This document shows positions 1 to 13,000 of a stretch of 64,000 nt of DNA, in pieces (position 1 is the stretch's first letter; each line of letters begins with the position of its first letter). The notes under the pieces are model-generated. The model was not told the DNA's origin. It made no database searches and saw only the letters and a list, made by a program, of their open reading frames with translations. The DNA comes from Botryllus schlosseri (lineage: Eukaryota), in NCBI GenBank assembly GCA_051294905.1, contig CM119374.1, forward strand, positions 2,232,001-2,296,000. The letters run 5' to 3'. A program made the translations under genes and the position numbers.

Positions 1-221
1 CAGTGTGTATTAGAATTAATTCCTTCCTTCAAAGGTGTCATAATGAGCAAGTTGCCGCGACTCAAGCTTCTGAGAACCCCATTGTTTTCAATGTAAAAGA
101 TACGCGCTTTCTCCTTTGCAATCATCTGTTACGTTTATCAATCAATGTCTGCTGCACCGTATATTCCTGAATTATCGCCCAACTTGTCCCCACCCAGTTT
201 AACTCGCACTCATGTGACGCA

Positions 222-540
222 TTGTGCGTGGCGAGAGTGCGAGTGATTCACAGCTGCAACACCAGGTTGCAGGTTCAAGTCCGACCTAGGTCGACTCCAT
301 AATCGCATTACAAGTTTTGGAGGTAGCCTATATCTATATATATCTATATATAGGCTCCTAATCGCCATCTCATCCGCGTTAGCGATTTATTGAAAAAGCC
401 AAGAAGTAGGCCGTGCTAGAAGTCGGCAGCTATAGAATCAAAATAAGGAATATCGGTTTGGTGAAAATAACCATCGCAGCCGAAAAACATCATAAATGCC
501 ACAAACAACAACATCGATGCATGCTGCACTTAATCACGCT
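222..540 (+). mobile_element. tRNA-derived SINE, family A
   Basis: A-box-like tggcgagagtg (229), B box ggttcaagtcc (272); body shared with copies at ~6975-7260, ~8875-8995 (minus) and ~52380-52545; boundaries approximate. Confidence 0.7.
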
Positions 541-1072
541 GTCATTCGTTTTGTCTTATTTTATGGTGGGTGACAATGAATTTTGGATTGAAGTGTGTGT
601 CGCGAACTGAAAAAGGTTGGGAGGCACTGGCCTAAACCGTACCATCTAGTGATGAATAGTGATGTGATGATTCCGGAACACATACAGTATATACATGGGG
701 CCTTTGCATTGATGCATAACTTCACGATTGAGATACCAGTTCACTGCTCTGGACAGCATGCGTCGCTAATTTGATGCAGTTTGTTTACAAGAACTAACAA
801 ACATGTTAGCACAGCGTGACGTGCAATAAAGCTTTCACAAAATTCTGCGGGATACCGGTACGCAGGAAATTTATGTTGCAATAAAGTATATCGTTCATTT
901 CTACTGCCAGACGTCCCAGAGATATACTGCATGCTTTGCTTATACTCAAACAAGCAAATAGCTTTTGCGTGACATCGGTGAATTTGAAGTTTGATAAAGC
1001 GTAATGTATAAAATTAAAACAAGATATGACCATAGTTAACTTCACCCCGATTCATGTTTCTTCAGAAAAAAT

Positions 1073-1133
1073 ATGAACAACTGCAGCAGTCACTGGTTTT
1101 CTTTACTCGTATCGCCACTATTAATCCTGGGGT
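1073..1133 (+). CDS. Candidate first coding exon (signal peptide MNNCSSHWFSLLVSPLLILG)
   Basis: Acceptor-like tttcttcag ending at 1065, ATG at 1073, hydrophobic stretch; a weak phase-1 donor (t|gtgtgt) fits the phase-1 exon at 3862. Confidence 0.35.
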
Positions 1134-1328
1134 GTGTGTATTTGGACCATTGGAATGTCCATAATAAACAACATCTTATAAGCCAATTTTATGGAAAGGA
1201 GAATTTTAAGGGTTGGATTGAGGGGTTTTGGGTATAGAGGTATTAAGCTTGGGGAATGAAGTGAAAAAGATTGGGTAGCACTGGCATATAGTATTTTTTG
1301 TTGACACTGAACGAAATGGCGTATACAC

Positions 1329-2418
1329 TAGGGTTGCCATACGTCCGGAATTTCCAGGACATGTCCGGAATTTCACTGTTCAAGCTAGCGTCCGGGAGGA
1401 ATTTCTAAAATATGCCAAATGTCCGGAATTTTGAAGACTTCACGTAGGATCATAATTTTTCGTAAATAAGTATAAAAACAATATTTTTTGAGACTATTTA
1501 TGCTAAGGCATGATATTTTTGATATCACATTTATTGATTTTAATATGGAGACTATACCATCCTTGAAAAAACTGCAATAAAATAGAAATAAAAACAACCT
1601 TCATTCACTGGAATAAGCCTAATTGTAATAGCAATTATAGGAGAACGGTATATTCCTAGAGATCGTTAAGGCCATTTAAATGCTTTATTCAAAGATAGTG
1701 GTTCCAAACGGGGGGGGGGGGGTCGTTTGCCTTTATTCTGGAGTTTGCGAATATGTTGAATGTAATCAGCTTCCGAAAGAGCCCGTGAGTAAGGCGTGGC
1801 AAGGGCGCTGACTTCTTTTAGTAATCAGCTCGTCAAATTTTAATCTGGGCCACGGACCATTTTCGAATTGGCGATGTAGTCGAAACCACTGGATATGGGG
1901 TGTTTATAAATCTCCGTGGCGCGGCATGAGGCTGATAACCAATCTTATCGATAGGACATGAATATGACTTAACGATGGGCAATTACGCTCCCTGTATTTA
2001 CGAACTCATCACCCTCCACCTGCTGTACCGCTAACTCTGATCATGTGGGTGGAGAGTGGTATTTAAATAGTAATATATAGAACAACCAATTTCATTGACA
2101 GAATTCATTCAAATAATATAACGACCAGATGCATATAGAAACTTGATTCATATAGCAAGTACCCTCTCTCCCCAGAAGTTGAATCGATTACCCTATAGCG
2201 TGATCAAAATCATTGTTTATTTGGGCGGGAAGTGGCTAAAAACATGCGCTTTCGGTCCCGGTTACACAACACACAGCCACATACTCCTGAACCGGATCGT
2301 GGCCACCTCTGGTTCATGAACAAAGCTTTGCTAGTGTGACGTCAGAACTCATTTTGAAATCCACTATTGGGCGCTAAAGAGTGTTCGGAATTTGGGTTGC
2401 AGAAATATGGTAACCCTA
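1329..2418. mobile_element. Non-autonomous hAT element
   Basis: TIR tagggttgccata / tatggtaacccta; perfect 8-bp TSD GTATACAC. Confidence 0.9.
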
Positions 2419-2680
2419 GTATACACACTATCATGTAGGCGAATTTCATCCATCAACACTACGATAACAGGACCAGTTGGTGATTAGTATGACGCAGCAC
2501 ACGACGAGATAGCTTCAGAATGATGTTCTCGCCATTGCATACTCTATTCATATTATATTTCCGAAACCGCACATGTACGATAGATGGTCATAGGATGGAC
2601 ATAATCGTTTCACAGTTGTTTTGACCCCGTCAATTCGAATTGACGGTTGTGTTCTCTTGACATTTTAGTATACATAAAAT

Positions 2681-3608
2681 CAGTGTTGGGATGACTCGAG
2701 TCACCTTTTTCGTATGACTTGACTTGAGTCGAGTCACTTTGCTAAAATGACTTGACTTGACTTGACTCGGCGTAGCAGAAATGTGGATTGACACGTAACT
2801 CGGAGCAAAATTCACCGAGTCAATTTCAAGTCATCAAGTAATCGGTGTAGTTAAAAATCACTGTATCTTGCATACGTTTGGATTGTTCGCGAAACGCTGG
2901 TGTAACCATTGAGTGCGACCAATAATTCAATGATAATGCGTTTTACTGAGCCACCATTGTTCTCTCACAAACAAATTGACCGCAAACGAAGTGATCGAAG
3001 CTTACAGCTTACGTTGTCGAAAACTAATATAGTAAAGTAATTTATTAGCAATGTCTCTTTCGGTTCTTTGTCCTTAGCCTCTTGTTTTATTGAAATTGAA
3101 TTCGAATAAAGTTAATATATTCCTCAACCATTGGCGCAGGCTCGAATTGTGTGATAGATGGGTAATGTATTGTATCTAATCAATTTGTTTCTCTTTTCTC
3201 TATTTTGGCTGGTAACTATATAAACTGACGCTATGCAATTACTCAAGTAGTTTAACAGTTTTAGGTATATGTGAGCGATACAGCGCCTTCTTGCGTGTTT
3301 ATTCAACTCCATATTCGTTCATCGGTTCGGAATCAATGACCACTCAATCAGTATTTCAGACAGCTAGCAAAATGCAATGACTTCATCATGCCACATACTT
3401 CTAAAAGGCAACTTGACTTGAATTGTGACTTGACTCGTGACTTGACTTGACTTGACTCGAATTGACTCGAGTTACCTCCAAAAATCGATTGACTTGACTT
3501 GACTCGAGTCACCTTCGAAAATCGATTGACTTGACTTGACTCGAGTCAAAATGTGCAGTGACTCGAAATGACTCGTGACTCGAAGGTAGTGACTTGATCC
3601 CAACACTG
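2681..3608. mobile_element. Non-autonomous hAT element with GACTCGAGTC/GACTT subterminal arrays
   Basis: 12-bp TIR cagtgttgggat; perfect 8-bp TSD CATAAAAT. Confidence 0.92.
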
Positions 3609-3861
3609 CATAAAATGTATCGTACCTTTACAGCAAATATCTATCACTTCAAGTGTTTCACTTATATTAGACTTATACGATTGATAATTTAGCAAATTCG
3701 TGTTTTGCACTTCTTGTGAAAAGTTTGAAAATGATGAAAACTATATTCTACTTTATTGCCACACTATTTCTCGCGAAGAAAGCCTTTTCAGTATGTAAGT
3801 AAAGTATATTGAACACTCCTTGAAAGACAAATGAAATTAAAGTGCACTCGTCTACATATAG

Positions 3862-4024
3862 GCACTTCAATTTTGATAATCATCGACGGCTATCGCTACA
3901 CAAGCATTTTAGGGCGATATACATTTCTTCAAGCGTCAAAGTATTGCAATGACGTTCACCATTCCGGACATCTAGCTCATATAAAGTCGGACAATGTGTC
4001 GCAAGCTGTGGACCAAATAGTAAG
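3862..4024 (+). CDS. aGPCR exon: C-type lectin domain, N-terminal part
   Basis: atatag|gc...ag|gtgata; YTFLQASKYCNDVHHSGHLAHIKS matches the CTL helix-1/LAxI motif; phase 1-2. Confidence 0.8.
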
Positions 4025-7000
4025 GTGATACGTATTTCATTAATTGCATCGAATTGTTAGCTAATATAAATTAATAAAAGGTTTGAGAACACAAGTCTGT
4101 CGTCGGATTTCTTACGTTGCATTCTGACAAATGTGACAAAATGAAGGTTATAAACGATCCATCAAAAATAAATGAGTGAATATATGCCTCAAGATAAATA
4201 ATTTTATATAAATAGATATACGGCTCTGAGTTGTCACCTTGCCGATGTGGAAATGTACATATATTTAGTAACAAATATTGGATAAAATTTGTTCGTAGAA
4301 ACCTCACTTATCAATAGCCAAACTGCAGGACATTGTTTATTCGATGTCATTTCACGCTGTGTAAATACGAAAATATATCCTCCATTAAAATGAATGATGA
4401 TCGTTCATGAACGAATTCATCGCGAGAGCAATCTTCTACATCTGAATACATGATGTCCTCCTTATGAAGATCCAAAGAGGGGTTTAATATGAATATTGGC
4501 GTATGACCGATGACATGAATATTCAATACCAATATAGTTCTATTGATGTAATGTAGTGGTTGCGATGAAGTCTTTCGAATTGGTTTGGAGTATGATACCG
4601 GGATCAATGGATCTGGATGGTACTGGACCGAGAACGATATCGACGGTGAAGTAGATCAACTTTTGATTGAAGAGGAATCCAGATGGTGAGAATGAAATAC
4701 GAACATTTTTCTGAAGCCCAGTTAGATTCCACAATACGACACGAAAATACACGTCGTCTGTCAACAGCGATATTTTTCAGGGAAATAGGTCAAGGATTGG
4801 GCGGTCATGGCAGAAGCGCTTGTGTCCTACCCATTGATCAGACATGGATAGAAGTAGATGACAGCTCGTTGCATTTCATCATTTGCGAAACAAGTATAGG
4901 AATTTCTATGCTTGCCGCAATGTTTCAAGCTATGATGACGATAAATTTATTTGTAGACATGCTCACCTTGGAAACTGCTTCGGATAACATTGATTCGAAA
5001 GTCGGCGGAACCGCAACTCTTCAAATAACTGTCCGAAGTATAAATGGCGTAGCAGATATTACCTTGTATAAGGACCGAAACTACAGTGTTGGGATCGTTT
5101 CTGCTTCTGTGCAAAGCGGATCGTGGACTTACGAACTATATACGGGCACAACCGACGATGCGGGAATGTATGAATTTGTTGGAACGCGCGACGACTATTC
5201 GCGGACAACGAGCACCAATGTTTTTGTGCTAGGTAAAACTTGCAAATATAAGACCATTCCGAATAAAAAACGACGAATGCAAGTAGGCCTACCCTGATCA
5301 TGTTGATATTAGAAATGTATTGATTATAACCAATCCCAATTTTTAATATGCGAAAAATAAATACTTTCTTCTTCTTTTGAATGGGTTGATGTGGTTGAGT
5401 GTGCTCATATACCACAATATGGATTTGTTCACAAATGCTACTCGGTCGTATGAGTTTGCTATTTACTTTACACCAAGAAGTAATATCTTTTAGAAAAATG
5501 ATAAAATATTGAGGATGATATTACTTCAGCTCTTTTTTGTTATGTCCACCTTGTTCGCCAACTTTGTTAAAATCTTCGTTTAACGGACTATCATACATTA
5601 TTGACAAAACTGAAATAAATATTAATTGTATCTTGAAGTGATTTTTATTTTCGACCAACATCGAAATCAAGGCTCTACAACCCTAATCGGGATGGTACAC
5701 CCTTTGAATATTTTTACGGATGTTGTGCGCTCCAGTGCACGAATAATGTTGACAAGTAGCTGTGCGAGAAGAAAACTATAGTATCTTGACGACTAAAAAA
5801 TATCCAAACCGAGGGTGTTCAACCTTCTTACTATTAACGGTCGCATTCGTATTGCATATGTAGCGTACCGTCATTTTACAGCGGATTGTAATAATATACC
5901 ACATTGACGCCAAATGTCTATGGCTACTAGGGCACTCCGCTTCGCGGTCAGCCCTTGTAATTTTGTCTGATATCACTGTTTTCTTGCGAAATACCTTGCA
6001 CATGAAACTTGCTAAGTGTAGAATCAGAACGTGGCGGCAGGCTCACTATACGATTCAAGGTCGCGAGTAGTAATGTTAAGAAATGTTATTGGAATCCATT
6101 GTTTGCGTTGTTTTCAACTTTATCATATCATTTCGTCGATGATATTGGTAGCTGTGCATGTGCATGTGCATGTGCAATGTAGGCCTACGTAAAGCAAATA
6201 AATACGTATCCTTTTCCAGCCCCTTTTCTAGCCGTATATTCAAAATATATATTCAAATTACTCGAACGTTCCGTAAAAGACTTCATCCATGAGACAAGCA
6301 AGATTTCAAACAGGCATTTCTTTATGGAGTCATCATGTATGTCTGTGGGTCCCAATTGTACGGTGTAGGTCAGTTTTAAGTGCACTACTATAGTAAAATG
6401 GTTGATCGTAATTAAAAAGCACTGATTGAAATCTATTTTTCCTTTGTTTAGCTGTTACATGCCATGAAGTTCCGGATTTCCCTAACGCCAATATTGGTCC
6501 TGGCTGCGCTGCAAATAGTTCTTTTGGTACCTCATGTATAATTACATGTAATTTCGGATATTATGTGGACGGCATTGCCCGCGCGACATGTGGTGACTCT
6601 GATCCGAGTAATCTAACCAGTTCCGACGGAAAATGGGACTACGGCAATACTGCATGTACACGTGAGTCGATGCAAATGTATAGTGGTAATTACCTTATTT
6701 TACACACGCTTAGTGCTTAATCCTGAATTACTTTATTTTAACGGTTTTCACACTGGGGTTGTATGAAAGCACATGAAGGGGGAGCGAAGTGGACGGAAAG
6801 AAATAAGGTTCATGAAATCGTAATGAGTTTAATTTTTGTACGGTGCTTAGAAAGACACAAAGCTATGGAGAAATAAGATGCTTGCTTATTGAAGTGGTCC
6901 CAAACTTTTTTCATAACTTTGACCCCTTTGGCCGAACTTTGAGCCAAAATTCTCCTCTAGGAAAAATTAGGCCGATGATTTAAAAAATTGGCTGCAACGC

Positions 7001-10000
7001 CAATGGGTTACGGGCTCGAGTCCGAACGAGGTCGACGTCAGAATTCATACCTAAGTGTTGGGGGTTTGTGTAGGCTCCTCCTGGCCACCTCATCCGTGTC
7101 TTACAAAAAGCGTAGAATTGGGCCGTGCTATAAGTCAGCAGTTACGGAATAAACATGAAGAATATCGGCCTGGTGTGAATTACCATAGTAGTCTACAAAC
7201 ACCATGAATACCACAAAAACTACCATTTTCGCAGCGCACTCTGTCCGGAATCACGCGATTCGTAGATTGTGCAGTGATTGGTAACGTTGAACGCAAAACT
7301 TTTCTATTTATGTCTGTCGGCTTACCATGCACTAATCGTTAATACAACTGCTGTGGAAATCAGTATGCATAGATCTACTGGTCGCGTGATCTTCTGTAAA
7401 GTTCACATGACTGGTTCGTGGTACGGAGTTCGAAGATAGCTTTTAATACAACTTCCATTGCAATAAATTATTTAGTGAACTCGCAGACTTTTTGGGTGTC
7501 TCCTTTCAAGAGTTAACGGCTCAGTAAAGACATTTAAACAAGATGTAAAGCAAAACCAAAAGACAAATTATGACGGACCAATCACAATTACATACGGGCT
7601 GAAACCGGAAGTTTGTAAGGACGCATTCTGATTGGCAAATGCGTCTCGGCGTTATCAACTACACTGTAAATCTAAAAGGTGGAGATTTCCTCCATTAAAA
7701 GTGGTTCACGCTTTTGACCATTTATGGTGGAGTGCAAATCCACCCCCATCATGGTGGAAATACCTTCCACCCTATATGGGGGAATACCCTCCACCCTATA
7801 TGGGGGCTCTTTCCACCCTATATGGGGGACATACCCTCCACCCCAACGTATCCGTCAGCTGTCACAGATCGCTGCGCTATGCAATACCGAAGAATACAAA
7901 TCCAATTGAAAACATACAAGTATGGTATTTCATGCATTTTATTAAGCGCAATCAAACAGCCATTACTATAGGGTTACCATATTACGGAATCTATAAAGTA
8001 GGACAATTTTACCAATTCAGAAAAGTTAGTTGATCAAGACTGACAGCCGATTTTGCTATTCTTTGCTGGAAAACTTTTGGTGTTGAATGAAAGTGATGAC
8101 TCCAGAATTACCATCTTGTGGTGTTGACTAAAATAAAAAGTCGTCACTTACAATCGACTTCCGAATGACCCGCTCGAACCTCCGTATGGTAACCCTACAT
8201 AACTATGATGACAGTTCCATTGTTTATGGCAACATATTGGTAGTCCTCACAACGGAATTTGTCAGCTTTAGCAGGTATGACGAAATGAAGGCAAGAGTGT
8301 GCTTGATATTCTTCTGAAACTTGATGTTAAATATCCAATGAGCTGCGATCAGAAGACCAAGTGCTTCATCAAAACTTTAAATCTTTTTTGAGAAGACGAG
8401 TCCATCCAAGTACAGGCTCCATTGCGAATTGTAGACCATCATTGGATATGGAGAGATAGAAACCTGAAAGATATATTACTATGAAATCTTCGGACTTCAG
8501 ATCATTATTATATCGACTATCGAGATAGGTTTAGTACATAGAACAATTTATATTACCACTGCACAAGTTATAAACAGGACTTTGTGTCACAAGTTATAAA
8601 CATGACTTTGTGTCACAAAGTGTTGCTCATTTGATTTATGCTTTTAAAAATAATCTTGACAGCAGTCAGTCTGCTTTAGTCGCGATGAAGTATATTTCAA
8701 TCTCATGAGCTCCAATCCATTACTAAAGCTATGTGACGCCTGTACCAGGTCTACTTTGAAACTACTCAATTGAGTAATTTTGAAACTTGTCACTTTCTAT
8801 TGCTAGAAGTTGTTAGGGCATATCAGAAATATGGATTGACTCGTGACTCAGTTATGAAAAACTAGTCTACCACTATGGTCATTTACACCAGGCCGGTATT
8901 CCTTATTTTTCATTCCGTATTTGCCGAATTGTAGCACAGCCCACTTCTAGGATTTTTGTAAGACACTGCTTACGCGGATGAGATGGCGAGGAAGAAACCA
9001 GACTCGTACAATTACTGAATTTTCAAAATCAGCAACTATAACTACAACTACTGAATTTTCAAAATCAAATCAAAAAAACGTTTGTTAGTTTACCATCAAC
9101 TAACTAACCGTTTAGATTTAACAATGTGTATGATACATCACCTATCTATGAACAGCTTACCTTTCCAATATGAAGAAAATCGTCGTATCCTTCTCAAACA
9201 TGGATGGTGCAGCACGCCAATCCACCATTCCATCACCTATAAAGCAGACGCAGTTTATTAGAGCCATCGATGATTACTTCTAGCGTTCCGAGATAATTAT
9301 TTTGAACGCGTGTAATTTTCGGAAATTAATCCAACTGTAACCGGCTGGTACGAGACAATGTTATTGTGAAAGCCACGAATATTGGTGCGGCGCAAGTCAC
9401 ACAAGTTTCTACAATTGCCTCGCCACGGCAGAAGTTAGAGAGCCACTGCACTTGAATTCATTCGAAAAAATTATTTAGCGGAAAATTTGCAATGTCAATG
9501 AAATCATATTCTCACCTAGTAATCCTTGAATAGTCTCGGGAACTTTAGGCCACTTTATCTTGGCCTGAGCTATATTGTAGCGGCTATGTGTTGCGTGCTT
9601 CAAGATATCAAACCCAATCAAGGTTTCAGCCTCTTTCAACATCTAAATATACATCAAATATGATACACCTGTATCGATGACAATTCATACTATGGACCAG
9701 CGGTTCTCAACCGGGGGTCCGCGACGCATTTTTAGGGGGTCCGCTAAGCCTCTAAATTTACAAAATAGTTGATAAAATCATTTTTATTTTTTTAAATTAG
9801 GAAAATCACGAAGCAGTTTCGCTTCATCACTTCATCACCAACTCACATAAACAGAATGACCGTCTGAGATGAAATATCCTACTTTGCAGACCCATTTTAG
9901 TTGCTACTAATACAATATTTTGCTGTATGGAGGTGTTTTGTTGGTGATTGTGTAAAAATAAAAAGTGTAATTAGCCAATCACGGTGACTTCGAAATGTTT

Positions 10001-13000
10001 ATATAAATCCATTCCTCGTGTGATATACATAACCATTTTCTATAATAACTTCAATATGAGCTGTCAGATAAAAATGACTAGGCTTGACGATATATGTTGA
10101 ATAAAAAACAATAGTTTGTCAATATTGGTGTCGTATTTGTTGCTATCACACCCAAATGTGTCGTCGGGAGCGTTACGACTACGAGCTATCATTACATTAG
10201 CCACCACCTCTTTGTGAAAACGGATTTTCAACACTAGTTTATATCAAATCAAAGGCGCGGATTTTCAAGACACGACCACGCATTTCAAAACAATCAGCTT
10301 CAGAACTCGCTCTGAATTAATAAAAGTCTTCCAAATTTTTACATGAATAAAAGGCTATGATGTTATTCTCAAGAATGATCATTGATCAGTGATCACTTCG
10401 TTGTTGTTCAGTAGGCCTACTATCCCACAGTTGTAATTTGCACAAGACAGAAAACGGTCGCACGATAAAAGAGCTAAATTTGAAGTGAAACTTGAAGGCA
10501 GTTGCAGAATTCGCTTTGAAATAATAAAAGTCAACCCAATTCCTTCATAAATAGTATGATTTATATTGAAGAAATTCATTTTGGTACTGTTTATCACTAG
10601 CTACAGTTATCATTTGCGCAAGACAGATGACGATTGCACGATAATTAGGCTAAATTTGAACTAAAACTTCGGGGGGTCCGTGAGGGTCAGTGACGGTCGA
10701 AAAGGGGTCCGCGAAGACAAAAAGGTTGAGCAGATGAGCACCTCTGCTATAGACTACTGTACCTACCCATTGAGCATCCCATAGTGCTGGATAAATCACT
10801 AGTATCTCCGATAACTGAACCCCTTCTAAAATCTGATTTCTGCGGTGTTGGTGGGTTCTCTTCATTCGGTCTAGGAGCGTGTCTTGGCTTGACTCCCTCT
10901 TTTTGACTTCTCGTTGCATATCTTTTATGTGATTATCAATGCTGTGTTGATCTTCGACAAGATCCGGACAGAAATTATACTGAAAAATCAGAATTATCTA
11001 GCTCATCTCAAAACCAAGATGAAAATTAACCGGACTTACAGGCTCTTTTACATCTTGAGCTGCTGGTTTCTGCTTCTTCCTCAATAACATTCTTTCGTTT
11101 TGTACCATACTTCTGCTTCATCTGATTCACCAATTTAGTCCTTCAACTTCTGCCTCAAGGCAATATGCCCCGAACCCGGAAGAAATTGCAATTATTGTTA
11201 GACTCAACTCTGCAGAGGGTACTAATACTAAAAGCAAGGAAAAACCCCTAAACAACCTGCAAAGTCTGAAAATCGGCATTGTTTCAACAATGGCAGCGCC
11301 ACGACACAATTAACATAACAATGGTCAATTTCGTCGAGCGATTGTTAGGAACAATGCCGATTTTCAGACTCTGAGGGCTGTTTTGAGGTGGCTCCATTGC
11401 ATGGACGAGATAAGCGATTTTTTGGTGACTCGACTTGACTCGAGTCTTTTTTTTCAAATACGTTAAATGACTCGACTCGAATCAATTTTTCATTGCATCT
11501 CCGAAGAATAGTTATTTCGAGTATGAGTCCTGATACTTGGCAAAATAGGGCCAGAAACTGTTAAGACTGAGGAAAATTACTGTAATCTGGATGCGAGCCA
11601 ATCACTCTAGCAGAATTGATAAAATGTGGATTGAACTGAAAACGGAACATTGAACATAACGGCTCGGACTCGGCTTATCTTGTAGGTATTCTGGAATTGT
11701 GGTTATTGCCTTCAGAACTACGTTGAAGTTGAGTACAGTGTACGGGTATAGTCATGACAAAAGATACCATAGGCGCCGACTAACGAGGTGGAGCAGGTTC
11801 GGACATTTTGATTTGCGAAAACTGTCGCCGAGGCTGCGTAATACCAGCGCGTATTTAATTGTTCATCAGACATCAGGGACTCGATAATTGTCAGCGCTTC
11901 CGGACTCTTTGGCAAGCTTATCATACGGCAAAAATCGTCAACCAGAATAGATTATATGATCGTCATTTACACATGCGCATATTTGTTCCTCTGACAAGGC
12001 TATGTCAGTGACATTAATCAGGAAATGCAGCAATACAGCTTAAACACTGATAGAATGAGAAAACAATTGTCGTGACGAAAGCTACTCAATATGGTGTTAG
12101 ACTCAGAACCCATTCGTGGCGATACTCATTTGCCAACATCTATATTTCTTGTTATCTGCTTGATACATTCGTGCTCTGAAATTGTCGCACAATGTAATTT
12201 TGAGTGTTATTTTCGTTATTAACGTGCAGTATGCCATGCCATTGTCAAATATTGATGCATCACGAGATTATGGGTGGCACAAACTCTAAATTTATTCTTG
12301 ATTGCTGGACGTACTCGTATCGAGGACAACAATATCGAATTTTAAACTATTGAGCATTTGGTATACAGTCGATTTCTATTGATAAGATTGCGGCATGCGC
12401 CCGGAGCTGGAAATAATTCTAGCCCAGGGGTGGTCAACCTGCGGGTTTAGAAGGAAGTTTGTGCGGCCGTCAGCACGTAAATCAATCAGTATGTGTTGGC
12501 AGCCGTCGATTTTGGTGCGTATAATACGCCGATATGAAAACATATATTAGTCCGGAATTCACCGGTAACGGGCAAGGACAGTTTACTATGGATATTTGGC
12601 GTCCACTTAGTGTATTATGACTATGCCCATTGCCCACTTGCCCAGGACTACAGTTACATGCAGCTTACCTGGCTGGAATTTTCTTCGATATTGTCTTTCA
12701 AAACTGGAGGGTTTCTTAATAATGCCAGACAGACAGACAGACATTTTTATTGCTTCGTCAAACAAAAAGTTGACTGGAGGTGACGATATGGCCTATAACA
12801 GCCTTGTTACTCGTCACCTCCATGGCAGTGAAGTAATCAAGTGCACTCATCCCAATAAATATAACAGTATACTTCTCGATATTGATGCGGAAGTGGGGTA
12901 CCTGTTAGATAGATCCGCATATAGGTACCTGATATCTATCCAAACTAACAAAATGCATGCACGAGTTTCAAAACAAAATAGGATGGATGAATTGAATAGA

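Noticed and set aside
222-300. tRNA gene (also 59071-59130 and 56210-56280)
   Set aside because: Only A/B boxes, no complete cloverleaf; each runs into a repeated non-tRNA body, so these are SINE heads
4683-5297. 204-aa ORF as a standalone protein
   Set aside because: It is two real exons (4781-4893, 4957-5232) read through in-frame intron sequence
7740-7855. Short direct repeats that look superficially like a CRISPR array (also 49139-49203)
   Set aside because: No unique spacers or cas genes, eukaryotic context; these are TE subterminal or internal tandem repeats
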